Of a stretch of 64,000 nucleotides of DNA, positions 12,685 to 24,985 are shown piece by piece (position 1 is the stretch's first letter; each line of letters opens with the position of its first letter). The stretch lies in contig MU054187.1 of assembly GCA_013239625.1 (NCBI GenBank), forward strand, positions 21,021,280 to 21,085,279, in the 5' to 3' direction. The position numbers and the translations under genes were made by a program. The notes beneath the pieces were generated by a model. It searched no databases, was not told the origin of the DNA, and worked only from the letters and a program-made list of their open reading frames with translations. The DNA comes from Lama guanicoe. Its lineage: Eukaryota.

Positions 12685-12900
12685 AAGGAAATGTTTAGCC
12701 TGGAGAAGGGGAGCCTCAGGGGTGTGCGTGATGCCATGTTTAAATAGTGTGAAGGCAGGTGGTGGGGTGGTGGGGAGGAGGATTCCACTGCTCACTGCTC
12801 CAGAGTGCAGAATCAAGATCAATGAATAAAGGTTATTGGGAAGCAGATTTACCCTCAACTACATAGAAGAACATAGAAGAACTTTTTAATAATTTAAGCA
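12685..12900 (+). mobile_element. CR1/L3 LINE fragment
   Basis: atgtttagcctggagaag...gaagcagattt...agaactttttaataatt resembles L3. Confidence 0.55.
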
Positions 12901-13334
12901 CAGACTGGGAGGAATCTTAATTGACAAAGAAAGAGTGCAGCTTTGAAAGCCAGTGCAGACAGCTTCCCAGACAAGGGTACTTGGAGGAATCAAGACTTGA
13001 ATAGTATCCTATCAGGTGTTGGTGTTTAGAAGTCAGATAGGACAATGAGCAGTGACAGTGGCCCCGAGAGAAGTGCTCTCTGTAAGAGTGACAAATACTT
13101 GTTCAATGTAAGTTTGAGAGTGAAAGACTGAAGAAGGCCACGTGCCCTGAACCTGACTGGCAAGAGCCAGTGTGTACCCCAGAGAGGTGGCCAATGGTAC
13201 CAGTGATGACAGTTGGAGCTGACTCAGAAATGAGCCCCTGCCTTCCCCATCCTACTGCCCCCCTTACTCTTCCCTCCACTCCATCTCTTTTCCCATCCCT
13301 GCCTTCCTTACATTTTTTTCCTTTCACCATATAA

Positions 13335-13890
13335 ACATCTACTTTGAGCCAGGGACTATGCCCAGACCAGAGATTATGGTAGTGAATAAAATGTATAGTC
13401 TTTACCATCAAGAAACTTACAAGGTAGCAAGAGAAACAAAACAAATGCATGATGGTGAATCATTAAATACTCTGAAAGAATTAGACAGGGTGCAGTGAAA
13501 GAGATTTCCAGGGAGAACTAAATTAGACTGGGAGAATGGAAAAGTTTCTCCGAGAAAGTGATATTTAAGCAGAGATCTAAAGCCAAATGAGAGATTGGCA
13601 GGTAAAGAAAGAAGGACTGTCATGGAAGACACGATGCACATTCAGAAGCTGACAGAAGGCCGCCGATGTGGCTGGAGCAAAGCTGGCCTGGGGAGGTGGT
13701 CTGAGATGAGGCTGGAGAACTGGGCAGAATCCAAAAGCTGAACTTGGCTTCTGCATGGAGACCACCAAACGGGTGTCATGAGGATGGGCCTCCAGGAGAT
13801 TATGGCCAACTCCAAGCAGGATGTGTTGGTAGCATGGACTAAAGAGCTGGCATTGGAGGAGGAGAGACTTGGGTGGATGCTTTTCAACAT
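13335..13890 (-). mobile_element. L2 LINE fragment
   Basis: gagaaagtgatatttaagcagagatctaa, gatgtggctggagca, gagatgaggctggaga are L2 motifs. Confidence 0.7.
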
Positions 13891-13984
13891 CACTGAGAAG
13901 AAGAATTTACCAGTTCTTCAAGAAAAAAGACTGATCATCCACCAATATTATTTTCTAATTGTCATCAGTTATCCATGGCCCTCG

Positions 13985-14150
13985 GAAAGCATAAAGGTTG
14001 ACGGTACAGGCTTTGGAGTGAGACTGGCTGTGTTCACTTCTTAGCTCTACCACTTAGTAGCTGGATGAACCTGGGTAATCTGGCCTTCAGAGCCCTCATC
14101 TATAAAATAAGCATCAGAGAAGTATCTGTTTTATAGGGTTTGTGAGATTG
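13985..14150 (+). mobile_element. MIR SINE, apparently resuming near 14530-14580 after an insertion
   Basis: ggctttggagtgagactgg...agctctaccacttagtagctggatgaacctgggtaa...ctcatctataaaat. Confidence 0.7.
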
Positions 14151-15234
14151 TCAGAATGGTGATGGCAATTTGTGGAAGGCCACCACAGGCAAAATATACA
14201 AGCTTCTGGAACTTAAGGAGGTTTACAAGAACCTAACTGGGGGGCAGTGGTTGTGCTAAGCAGGAGTCATTCCCCCCTCATCCCCATTAGAGGAGCAGGT
14301 GTCCCAGGGCTTCACCAGACCAGAAGGCTGCTGATGCGATGGGTATTTCTCAGTGTTTTCTTGGGCCTTCTTATGTGATGCCTTAAACCCTTTCGGTTGC
14401 TTGCTCATTAGGTGCATGTAACTAATGCTGATACTCCCAGCATCTTGCTGTATTTTCCTCAAGGTTAGAACACCTGATGCATTGTCCCTTAGCAGGTCAA
14501 GGATTTAAGTCCGAAGTTGATTCCTGCAGCTTTGTGCAATGATTTAATGATGTAATTGTGTAAAACACTTGGCCAAACCTAAGATTGTAAAATATGATAG
14601 AAGGCAGGCATTGATTATTAGTGAATTGTTAAACAAATCTGTGGTTTAATTTTAGTTATTTTGAATTCTGTTCTAAAATTCCCCCCCCTCAAAATTTCTC
14701 TTATTATTTTCCAAGAACCTGGAATAAAGTATCCCTTCAAGTGTAATAATCCAGACATGTCTAAGTGAAGTGAACCAGCTCGCCATCTGCTCACAGTTCT
14801 GGTTTTTAAGCAGGGATAACAGTGAAAACATTCTGCCAGAGTTTCAGTTATGCAAATAAAATGCAACAGTGGGACCCAGACTATCCTGGCTTTGCGTTAA
14901 TTTATAACTCTTAAAAAAAAACACCCAAATAGAAACAAGCTCTCTACGCATTGTTATGTCAAATGAACACATTTTATAACAGCTCTTTGTCAAATGAAAA
15001 GTTGCAAAATATAAACAATTTTATGCTTAGTAGTACTGAACTGATAAATCACAACCATACCAATGGTAACAATAATAATCATTAATAAGGTACCTGTGGC
15101 TTTATTCCTTCCCTATTAATGTGCTTAAGGGATACCTTTATGTACCTAAGAGAAAAAAAAATAGGATCATCAATTTATATGCTAGGTAGTAAACATGTCT
15201 AACCAGACAAGTTTGGTTGGGTACATCAGGCTGT

Positions 15235-15605
15235 CACAAGACCTCTCTGAAGGATACTCATGAAGAAATTGGCCAGCTCCAGCCTTACAGCTTGAGGAAT
15301 GATTCAGGGGCTCGTGGGAGCAATTAGAAGTAAAGATTAGTCAGTAATGGCCCTACACAGCAGCTGCATCTCAAGTCTGGACCAAATACTCTGCTGATAG
15401 GCTACCAATGCCGTGCCTTTCCCGGGGCATAACACCTGATCCATCCCTCTTAATACACCTGGGAGCTCCTGGTTGTCAGAATTCGGGCATCATTAATGAT
15501 TATTCTAGTATGGCAATTTTGCCATTTTACTTACACTTAATAAAACTTCTTTCCTAATCTTCTGTGCCTCTCGTTGGATATATTCTTACCTCTCAACCAG
15601 TATCA
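15235..15605 (+). mobile_element. Solo LTR, family unassigned
   Basis: AATAAA at 15539-15544 followed by a pyrimidine-rich U5-like tract ending in CA; ctgt(c) present at both flanks. Confidence 0.55.
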
Positions 15606-16199
15606 CTGTCCTTAAAAATGTATGTGTGTAGCCTCATGTTACTTTATTTACTATTGAATGAAAAGAGGTGTTACCATGCCTGGCATTTGCATAGTAACTG
15701 ACTGGGTGAGATAGATTCTGACTGCCTGTTGTTGAGCCCTCTTGGATGCTGTTACAGTACCTTTGGGTCTTAAATTAAAAAAGTTATTTATGTGTAAATG
15801 ACCTAGCCATACTTTTGGGGTCTTGTATTTGTGTGCTTATTATGGGTCCCTTGAATTAGGAAATCTCTCACCCACTTTCTGACTAGGGTGAAACAGAGTT
15901 TATTGTTGGATAATTTAAAGCAGTATGTCTTCCTCTGACATCACTGAGATGGAAAAGCATTTCTCACTGTTTTTCATGGTTCCATCCATTCCTACTGCCA
16001 ACTCCCTTTTCCAAGATGCAGCACACCATTGCCCAATCCACATTGTGTTTTGGGGAATTAATATCCCTCAATGGATGAAAATATTTTCGTTCATTCTTCT
16101 GTAAAGAGAGTGGTCAGTGTATCCTGATTTGCCAAGGATTATACTGGTTTTAGCCCCGCAAGTCATGCACGCTTCCTGCGGACATTCATAGTTCTGGGT

Positions 16200-16631
16200 A
16201 AACTGGAGTGGTTTCTGGGTGTGTCTATGAGAGCGTTTCCAGATTAGCATTTGAATTGGGGAACTAAGCAAAGCAGGCGGCCCTCCCTAATGTGGGTGCA
16301 CATCCTTCAACCCACTGAGAACCCAAATAGAACAAAAAGGCGGAGGAAGGGCCAATTCACCCCCTCTATTTGAGCTGGACTTCCATCTCCTCCTGTCTTT
16401 GATTATCAGTGCTTCCTGGTTCTTAGACCTTCAGACTCAAATTGGGACTTACATGATTGGCCCCACTGGTTCTCAGGCCTTTGGGTTTGGACTGAATTAT
16501 ACCACTAGTTTTCTTGGATCTCCAATCTGCAAATGGCAGATGTGGGATTTCTCGTCCTCTGTAATTGTGTGAGCCAATTCCTGTAATAAAGTTATATATG
16601 TATGTTTCTCTGGAGAACCCTGACTAATGCA
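16200..16631 (+). mobile_element. MLT2-type ERVL LTR
   Basis: ctgggtgtgtctatgagagcgtttccag, ccctccctaatgtgggtg, tgtgagccaattcctgtaataaa, ctctggagaaccctgactaatgca. Confidence 0.85.
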
Positions 16632-16851
16632 GTCCCCTCAGCTGGCTGATCTAGAAAATTCTGTGGGATCTTCAGGTCCTGTGATCAGTGAAATCCTTGT
16701 ACCTTGGACATGGGGACATGCCTTGGGGGCAAGAATGGGTGAATTCCCCTTTAACTGAGTCTAGCCTAAGTATTCTTCCTGAGGGCTCCAGCTGCCTTTG
16801 CTTTTGGAAATGTATCCTGAGTTCTCGAATGTCAGAACTGTGGGAATTCTA

Positions 16852-16853
<2 letters not shown>

Positions 16854-16903
<50 letters not shown>
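16854..16903. repeat. (GT)~25 microsatellite
   Basis: Perfect dinucleotide run. Confidence 0.97.
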
Positions 16904-16905
<2 letters not shown>

Positions 16906-16984
16906 AATTAAATGAAAAAGGTATGTCAACTTTGTATCACAAAATGATGCTTGCTTAAGCTGAAAGTCTGAATTATTTTTAAAA

Positions 16985-17470
16985 CTTAATTCAAGAAGTC
17001 CTTAATGAATAGCTTTTGTGTAAGGTAATGTACCAGAATGTATAGGACATAAAACTTTAGACTCAGACCTTGCCTTCATAGAATTTCCCTTGTAGTATGA
17101 AAGCATTGCCAAGCCTAGAATATTAGACTGCAAAGCCTGAGACGTCACATAAAAGTGATTTTAAAGTGCTGGAAAAAGTCCATTTCTGATTGGTGGGGAT
17201 CATGGAAGAATGATTTGAGATCATGTTAAAAGGTAAGTTGAATTTAGATAAACAGCATTGGGAGGAGTATATGAAAACCTGTAGAAAAAAAAAAATACAT
17301 GGGAGTGGGTAAGTTCAGGGTCTATTTGAAAATTCAGAAGAAGCTGGGTTTAGCTGATGCTCCAGGTCATTGAGGGGGGTTAGTGCAGGTCATTCTGCAA
17401 AGTTCTGTTAGGGCATTTGGGTGGAGAGCTTTGCGATTCAGACATAGGAGTTTACCTTTTTTTTATAGAG
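16985..17470 (-). mobile_element. L2 fragment
   Basis: Degenerate L2-like sequence (cagaccttgccttcatagaattt, ggggatcatggaaga). Confidence 0.45.
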
Positions 17471-18544
17471 AAGTTTTTCCTTACTTACATTGCTATCCAT
17501 AGAATATTGCCTAACAGTAAGACTCAATAAAATATTTGTCTAGAATGAAGTAATAAAAATATAATTGTAACCGCACACCCGAACTCACCTGAAATGGCTC
17601 CTTGTGTGCTTCTGTGCACTCATGTGGATTTATTTTTTTTTCAGAAAGTTCACTTAAATTTTTCAAAACTAGTTTTATGGAAATGGATGAATGAATGCGA
17701 TATCGCATATAATTTCACTGTAGACTAAATTAGAAGATTTTTTTTCCCTTTTGTAACCAGGAGCATAAGTAAAGATACCACTTAACAAAATTATTATCAT
17801 TATTAGTAAGGTTTCATTTAAAAATATTTTGAAAGACGTGGACTGACTATCATGAAATAGCCAGTGTCACAGCAAAGGGAACAATTTGCCACAATTATCC
17901 AGGTCCCCCAAAGGCCAGAGCTGCAAAGGGGACGTCTGATTACTGGTGAAGGGTGTAATTATCTTCGAGGTGGAGGAGGTGTACATGCATTGGCTTGTTT
18001 GCCAACATCTGTCAGCTGTTTCACGTGCCACATTTCTGGTCTAGTGTTTAACCTTAATACAAAGTCCTCAAGTGTTCTAGGCAAGAATGGAGTGAACGTG
18101 CAAAAACATATGCCAGCTTTTTTTCCTGAACATATGTTCTTCCACAAAGAACATTTCTAATTTCTGAAAAGGATTTTTTTTTTATTTGCCAGCAGAAACC
18201 TGTGTTTGGACAGTTTTCACTCATCAGGGTGTTTTTTTTTTTTTTAAATCAAACAGCTGGTAAAAGGTTTTCTGTGTAATAAGTGGGAGGGACTTACATT
18301 AAAAGACCTTCTCTGACATAAAACAGTTCTGAATTTTGTGCTGGCTGTCCTCAGGACCTTAAGAGTGATCTGGTGTCTATTTGATGTCCCCATTGTGTCT
18401 ACATCTGTACCAAAAAAAAAAAAAAAAAAAGAGGATCTTTATGCAGCTGTGGTGGAGAAAGTGAACTGGACTTGGGTAACTTATCAGAATCAGGGAAGTG
18501 CTACTTATTGAGTATGTAACTTTCAACGAGGGATTTAACCTCTC

Positions 18545-18770
18545 TGTATTTCAGTTCACTTTTCTCATTCCAAGGGCCTTATGCGGATTACTCATTCCAT
18601 TCTCACACAACTCTAGGACGTAGGTACCAGAGCAGCCATCCCTGCTTTCTAAGTTAGGAAACTCAAGTACAATGAGGTTAAGTGATTTATTGAGGCGGAC
18701 AGCAGGTAAGCATGGAACTGAGCCAGGCTTCTGTGCCCTGAGCCATAACTTCACCCGCTTTCCTCTGCGC
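18545..18770 (-). mobile_element. MIR SINE
   Basis: aggaaactcaagtacaatgaggttaagtgattta...gaactgagccagg. Confidence 0.65.
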
Positions 18771-20424
18771 CTAACAAATACTGTTGTAGGTTTCTTTTGA
18801 GGCATAACTGAGATAATATCTGAACAAAGTTAGTTTTATTCAATTGTTTTTGATTCTGAATATAAACTTATGGGAAGTAGAGATTTTAAAAAGTTTTATT
18901 TTTTGACAACATTTTTTATTCTTGATAAAATAAATCTTGCTGGGAAAAAGACTGTGAACAGGGTGACCAGTAAAGGTAATTGGAAAACATTCAGGTGGCT
19001 GGTAGATCCCCACTTGCAGCCTGAATTACTTTATGGGCATTAGGTCACAGATTATTGATTCTTAGAATTATGGTGGAAAATTTATGCAGAATTTCATTGT
19101 TTTTGCCTGCTTAAATTCCAATTACCCATGGCTATGCCTGAAGTTGAAGGGTCATACTTAGAGCATTGACACTTGGAAGAAATGAAGACCCACTTAATTA
19201 TTTAATGGAGACTGCAAAATGCCAAGTGTAGCCATAAAATGCTAAAAGTTCACAGGAGGCGAATCTTTTGGTGGTATAAATTTTCATCAACATCTTCATG
19301 GTGATACTAACATATGCCTTCTAATACCAGGTGAGAAATTACATCATGCTTGGTTTGTGGTCAATTGTTGGCTAAGGAGGAAAGACTCCAGGGCAGTAGG
19401 CAACAGACTCACATCATACCCAGAGCATCTTTTCTCCATTTGATTCTATAAGTTTTCCTAATGGGATAGGTACGTTTCCTGAATTTGCATTGGCTTGATT
19501 TTTCCCAGCAAGGATTTTAAATGAGGTGAAATGTTTGTTAAGGATATGGGCTTGTGGATATTTTAAACTAATTTATATATCAGGCTTTTTTGTGAATAAA
19601 AAAAATGAGTCATTATTTCTAGATGAGACTGTAAGGATGAAGCTGTCTTTAAGCAAATTGGATAGTAACATGGGAAAAGCAGGTTTAGAGGATATGTGGA
19701 CATTACTTGGAGTTTTGGAACATTGGGTTTAGAGTCCTTGTGGGGTATCTGCATGAAAACTCTAGAAGATAGCTAGACATCCAGTATTGGAACTTAGATG
19801 ATAACTTGTGACTTTGGACACCAACTTGAGAATTACCAGCTTATTTTGTGCCTGAAGAATGGAAACTGAGGTAGCCACACACAGATTCTCTGTAGAGTAG
19901 CGGGGTCATGGCCATTGAATTTACTTATGACCCTCTTCTATTATCTTTTTTTTTTCCATCAATTATTTAGATTAGCACACAGAAAGTAGGTGGGCTTCCT
20001 AGGATGTCAGATACCATAGAAATGTATGGCACAAGTACTTATTATGAAGTCACATTCAGTTATTTTCATTTGATTGGAATCAGTGTCTGAAAACAAAATG
20101 AAAATTTAGAGAGATACATAGGACATTGTACGTTTAGGTTGAAATATTCAATACAGCTCTGCAGAAAGGACAGCAAAGTGAGTCTTTTCAAAGGCTTAGT
20201 CCGAAGATGGACGGAGTGTTCTTTTGTACACAAGTGACTCTCCTCCTTTCCCTCCCCACTCCCACCTAGACAAATCACTGTCCTGGGTGATATCAGTCAT
20301 CAAAGGGCCTTCTCTTATTTGTCTAGAACAAATTAATGAGTTTATTAGTTTATTGCTTCTGTTTCTTCTCTGCCTTATTCTTTTTCAGATCTGTAAGACA
20401 TTCAGAAAAGAATGATGCCAGTTT

Positions 20425-20977
20425 TGTTAGGCAGTTAGAAATGAGCACCGTGGAGACGAAGGAGGAGGGAGCAATCCAGAGGATAGCACCACACCTGTGC
20501 TCAGGATAAGGGGCTTCAAAGAGTTTTACTTTCTCTAAATGAGTGCCAACAAAGAAGCCAGTTAGAATTGAACAGAGAGTAGGAGAGAAGGACCCGACTG
20601 AACGTAACCCAGTGCTCATTATAATGTAATTAGCATTGTGGTTGGGCCCCCCCCCCATAGGTGTCTCTGTGTGATTGTGGATAAAAGCATGTGCAAAAGA
20701 GATGGGCGTGCCTGAGCGCTCAAGGGACATGAGCTGTCAATCAATCATAAGACCCACCTAAGCCAGGATATAAGACAGGAGAAACAAAGGAACGGTGCCA
20801 TTTTCCTTTCTTGGTTTGGCCTGCCTGCAATTCTTGAAGGTGTACTATACTAACTTTTTCTCTATTAATAAAATTTTCTGTTTATATCACGCCTTCAGTC
20901 TCCCATTTAAATTCTTTTCTTTGGGTAAAAAAAAAAAAAGAACTGAGGTTTTTTTTTTTAGTCTCCTCACAGTAACA
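20425..20977 (+). mobile_element. Solo ERV1-class LTR (553 bp)
   Basis: tgttagg...cagtaaca termini, 4-bp TSD GTTT (20421-20424 and 20978-20981), TATA-like gatataag, AATAAA at 20867-20872. Confidence 0.85.
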
Positions 20978-21099
20978 GTTTGACTGGGTGATGTGTGGAT
21001 CTGTAATTTAGGTACCATGAGGTTAATGTAAACCTTGTAGAAGAAATTTTTACACAGGTGATATTAAGAACTTATTAGCTGCCTGCAAATAAATGAATG

Positions 21100-21415
21100 G
21101 CTGTTAGTGTTTATGCTTTCCCACAAATTTATTCACCTTTCAAGACTCAATTCTAGAAACACCTAGAGGACCTGCCAGATGGTCCCAGATGGATGGAACA
21201 CTCTCTCTTTTGTGATCTCTTTCTGTCTCTGCCTTATCCTGATAGTTTCAGCACGTACTGTGTTGAAGCACATTAATTTATTGACATGGGTCCTTCTCTT
21301 CACTAGCCCGGCATGGGCATGAGAGCACAGACCTCCTCTTAGCAACGTGTTATTCATGTATCTGAAGCCCCACTCTTAGTTCAGTTCCTGACAGTATACG
21401 TTTGTATTGAATTGA
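21100..21415 (+). mobile_element. L2 3' fragment
   Basis: ttcacctttcaagactcaatt...gagagcacagacc...tttgtattgaattga. Confidence 0.55.
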
Positions 21416-21689
21416 TCTGGGGGTAGAGTAGAAACGTTCTTCTTTGCTCTGGAGGAAGGAAATAGGGCCAAGGGGGCAGAAGTGCCAAGGACACAGATTA
21501 TTTAAGTTCATTGCTAACAATTAGAGCTGTCTGAAAAATGAAATGACCTGCCTTTACAATGTAGGTTAAGCTCAAGGTGAATGATCATGCAGAGGAGACG
21601 TTGCATTGCCTGACTTCTAAATTCCCTTCCCACGCCTGTATTCTCTGCCTTACATTTTTCTCATGTGTCATTAACTATCCTCTTGGGTC

Positions 21690-21870
21690 ATCCTCAAAAG
21701 TACCTTCATATATATTATCTCATTTATTTGAGCAAATTTCCTGTGATGTATGTAGGGATGGATATTATCATTCTAATTGTTCAGTAAAATGAGGCATAAA
21801 GAAGTTAAGCAACTTGAACAGGGATACTCCGTCAGCATTAAATTTGAGACCAGAATATCATCTCCCTCAT
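21690..21870 (-). mobile_element. MIR fragment
   Basis: attatctcattta...tgaggcataaagaagttaagcaacttg. Confidence 0.6.
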
Positions 21871-22454
21871 GGTAGGTTAGCATTCTTATGTTAGCTGAAA
21901 TGGTCTGATTTGGACATTTGGGGTACAAATGCATTCAGATATTCACTAAGAAATGTTTTTGCCCTGTTTATGCTTTTATATATACTTTTTAAAACATGAT
22001 CAAACCATCGCTTGTCATTTTCATACTTTTAATTATCGTATTTTTTTATTGTTCTGAACAGCGAGAACAACAGAACAGAACAGAACAGCATATATATGAA
22101 ACAGTGGCCAAGAGGAAACAGTGGTAACATGCCAGTGACATGTTTCAGAAGTGTGGGTGTGTGGGAGGAGTCTGACTGTGTGAGCACACACCCTGCATCC
22201 CATGTCAGGACACCCATGGGTGGAGCTGGGCGATTGCAGGCTGGTGGTCAGATTTGACAGAGATACCTGGCTTCACTGTGTTCCCTGGAAAGGCTAGAAG
22301 TAGACAGGTGTCACTGTGAATTGCATTCAACACCTATTATGCATTTTATTTTATGTTCTGTGTTTCTGCTCTGGTGGCTGTACATGAGAGATTGCACTTA
22401 AAGTTAGATATTTCCTGCAGGAAGGTTCAGATCACGTGAGGAAGTAAAGTGATC

Positions 22455-22915
22455 ATTTCAGTTACCTACTCTTGCGTGACAAACCACACTAAAACTCAGT
22501 GCCTTAACACAGCAGCAACGCTTGTTTCCTCGTGTAGTGGCTGTTCCTCTGCTGGTCTTAGATGTAATCAGTCTTGAAGCTACGTTCAGCTGGTGGTTGG
22601 GCTGGGGTTTCGGCCAGAGCCCCGGATTAGTTCTCCTCCATGTGGCCTGTCCAGATGGCTAGCTGGATGTCTCAGGGCATGGTGGTCCTAGGGTTCTAAG
22701 AGAGAAGCAGAAGCTGCCAGTTCTGGGAAGGCCTGGCTCCAAAGTCCAGGAATGTCATTCACGTTTATTATCAGCCACGTTGTGTTGGTTAGAGCAGGGC
22801 CAGCTCAGGTTGAAGGGGAGGAGAAATTGACTGCACCTCTTGATGGTAGGAACCGTATGTGTACAAGGGGTAAGGCAGGTTCTCAGTGGCCATGGATGAA
22901 CGCAGCTTATTACAT
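22455..22915 (-). mobile_element. MaLR MLT1-type LTR
   Basis: cagttacctactcttgcgtgacaaaccacactaaaactcagtgccttaa...ctctccatgtggcct...cacctcttgatgg. Confidence 0.75.
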
Positions 22916-23127
22916 TGGCCAACGAGGGAAAAGTGACATGCAGAGAAGGCAGATGTGAGCCCTGGAATTGCATTGCCCATTTGTCAAGATCACTGAAATA
23001 ATCCACTAAAAACTATATGAATGATACTTCTCTCTTTGTTGATTAAAAGCCCTAACAATCCTGATTTTCTTAGAGTAAATCAGTTTGCTGTTAAAGTCCG
23101 TTGTTACAGTTATGCTTTTGCAATCTA

Positions 23128-23300
23128 TTTTTTTATTTTTTAAACATTTTTTATTGAGTTATAGTCATTTTACAATGTTGTGTCAAATTCCAGTGTAAAG
23201 CACAATTTTTCAGTTATACATAAACATACATATATACATTGCCACATTTTTTTTTGCTGTGAGCTACCACAAGATCTTGTATATATTTCCCTGTGCTATG
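23128..23300 (-). mobile_element. Lineage-specific L1 3' end
   Basis: ttttattgagttatagtcattttacaatgttgtgtcaaattccagtg...agatcttgtatatatttccctgtgctat. Confidence 0.8.
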
Positions 23301-24738
23301 TCTAGTTATTTTTGTCATTTTGAGGTGAGATAAACATTTTCTGAAATACGGCAGATGGTAAGTTGGGGATTGTACATTTCTGTCATGCATAAATTGATTA
23401 TTTAACTATTTGTGCTGCCTTAATTATATTTGAATATGATCAACCCCATCCACTTTTTTTGTAACTATAGTAAACTGTTTCCCAAATATTCATTTATTAT
23501 AATGTATTACCTAGTTTTTGATTGATTACTGAATTTTATTTGGCTAGAATTGGATTAATTTTTAAATAATTTAAAAATCAAATTATTTAATACATATCTG
23601 ATTGTTTGTAAGTTATCTCAGCAAAATCCTGAGTTACATTTGCTTTCTTTTAGCACTTATTGATTAATATATAATAAAAGTTCAATTTTCTCTATATACT
23701 ATTTTGAAATCAGAAAATATGGCTCTATAATATTAGTCTAAAATGTTTGGGCATGTCTTCATTAATTGTAGCAGAATTTATTCATTTTGTAGACATGTGA
23801 TGTTTGAAAATTTCATTTTCAACATACATTTATTGCTTTTATTTATGACATAGCCTGAAAATAGCCATCTTAGTGAATTTAAGATGTATAAATTGCTTTT
23901 TTAAGTTCACTGTATCAATTCAGGTTTTTATAAGTTTAAAAATAAAATTCATATGTGTTCATGAATTAATTGCCAGGCAATAGACTTAACATAATAAAAC
24001 CCTTGACAGGAGATTTTGTCTTATCACTTACTTAACTCAAAGCTTTATTTTTCAAAATAGTTTTTTTCATCACTAAAAATCTTATCATGTATACATGGCA
24101 ATAAAGTCAGCTCTTCTCTGTTGATAGAAATTTGCATGATACCAGTGATTCTAGGATTCATGGTTCCAGATCAGAAGTTTTTGATTAGGTTTTCTGTTTG
24201 TAGATGTTATTAATTTCAGCGTACAAGCCTAGTATTCTGATTTAACATTTCATTCTGGCAACTGTGTTCTTCCACCAGTGGGAAAATATAGTGACCCTGT
24301 TTTTATTACAGCTTTTATATGCACAAGAATGTTTGTTCTGAATCACACTGGAGACTCAAAGTAACATTTATAGTTTACTTATGAGCTAAGAGTATTTACA
24401 GATCTAAACTGAAAACAGACCATTTTTCAATGTGATTATCAAAATGTTTATAGTTTCTTTTTCTGATGACACCAAATAATAAATAAGGAACAAAGTCCGA
24501 GTCTGTTTCCTGAGCATTTCTGTAAATAAAAAGTAAACACACTGTCTATGATTTATTGGCTTTTATAATTCTTTTTATATAAAATGAAAGATAAAGCATT
24601 TAAGTATAATTTAACAAATTGTCTTATCCTGTTCTGTAAAATAACTTTCATGAATTATTTTCTATAGATTTTTGAATTGAGAAAGAGAAAAAAAATTTCT
24701 CAGTGTTTAAATGAATTGTGTAGAATGTTCTGGAATCA

Positions 24739-24985
24739 CAGTTTTCCAACTTATTGGTGATTTTTAATGGTTGATGAAATAGATTGTAGGTTAAATTTAG
24801 CATTTTTAAAAGAGTAGAATAGAATTGAATGAACTAGATTAGAATAGAAGATAGGCCTGTAGTAAAGAGTAGATGTTTTGCGTAAACTTTGTTTCAGTTT
24901 TAATACATTTATACGTAGTTGGTCACAGTATAAAATATATCTCTAGCTGAGGGTCATGGTCAAATCAGTTTAAAGCCACCTGTCT
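24739..24985. mobile_element. Probable hAT-Charlie-type DNA transposon relic with internal (AGAAT)n
   Basis: cagttttccaac...tttaaagccacctg ends resemble CAG...CTG terminal repeats. Confidence 0.4.

Noticed and set aside
12758..12782. G-quadruplex candidate
   Set aside because: Only two runs of three or more G; does not meet the canonical four-run pattern
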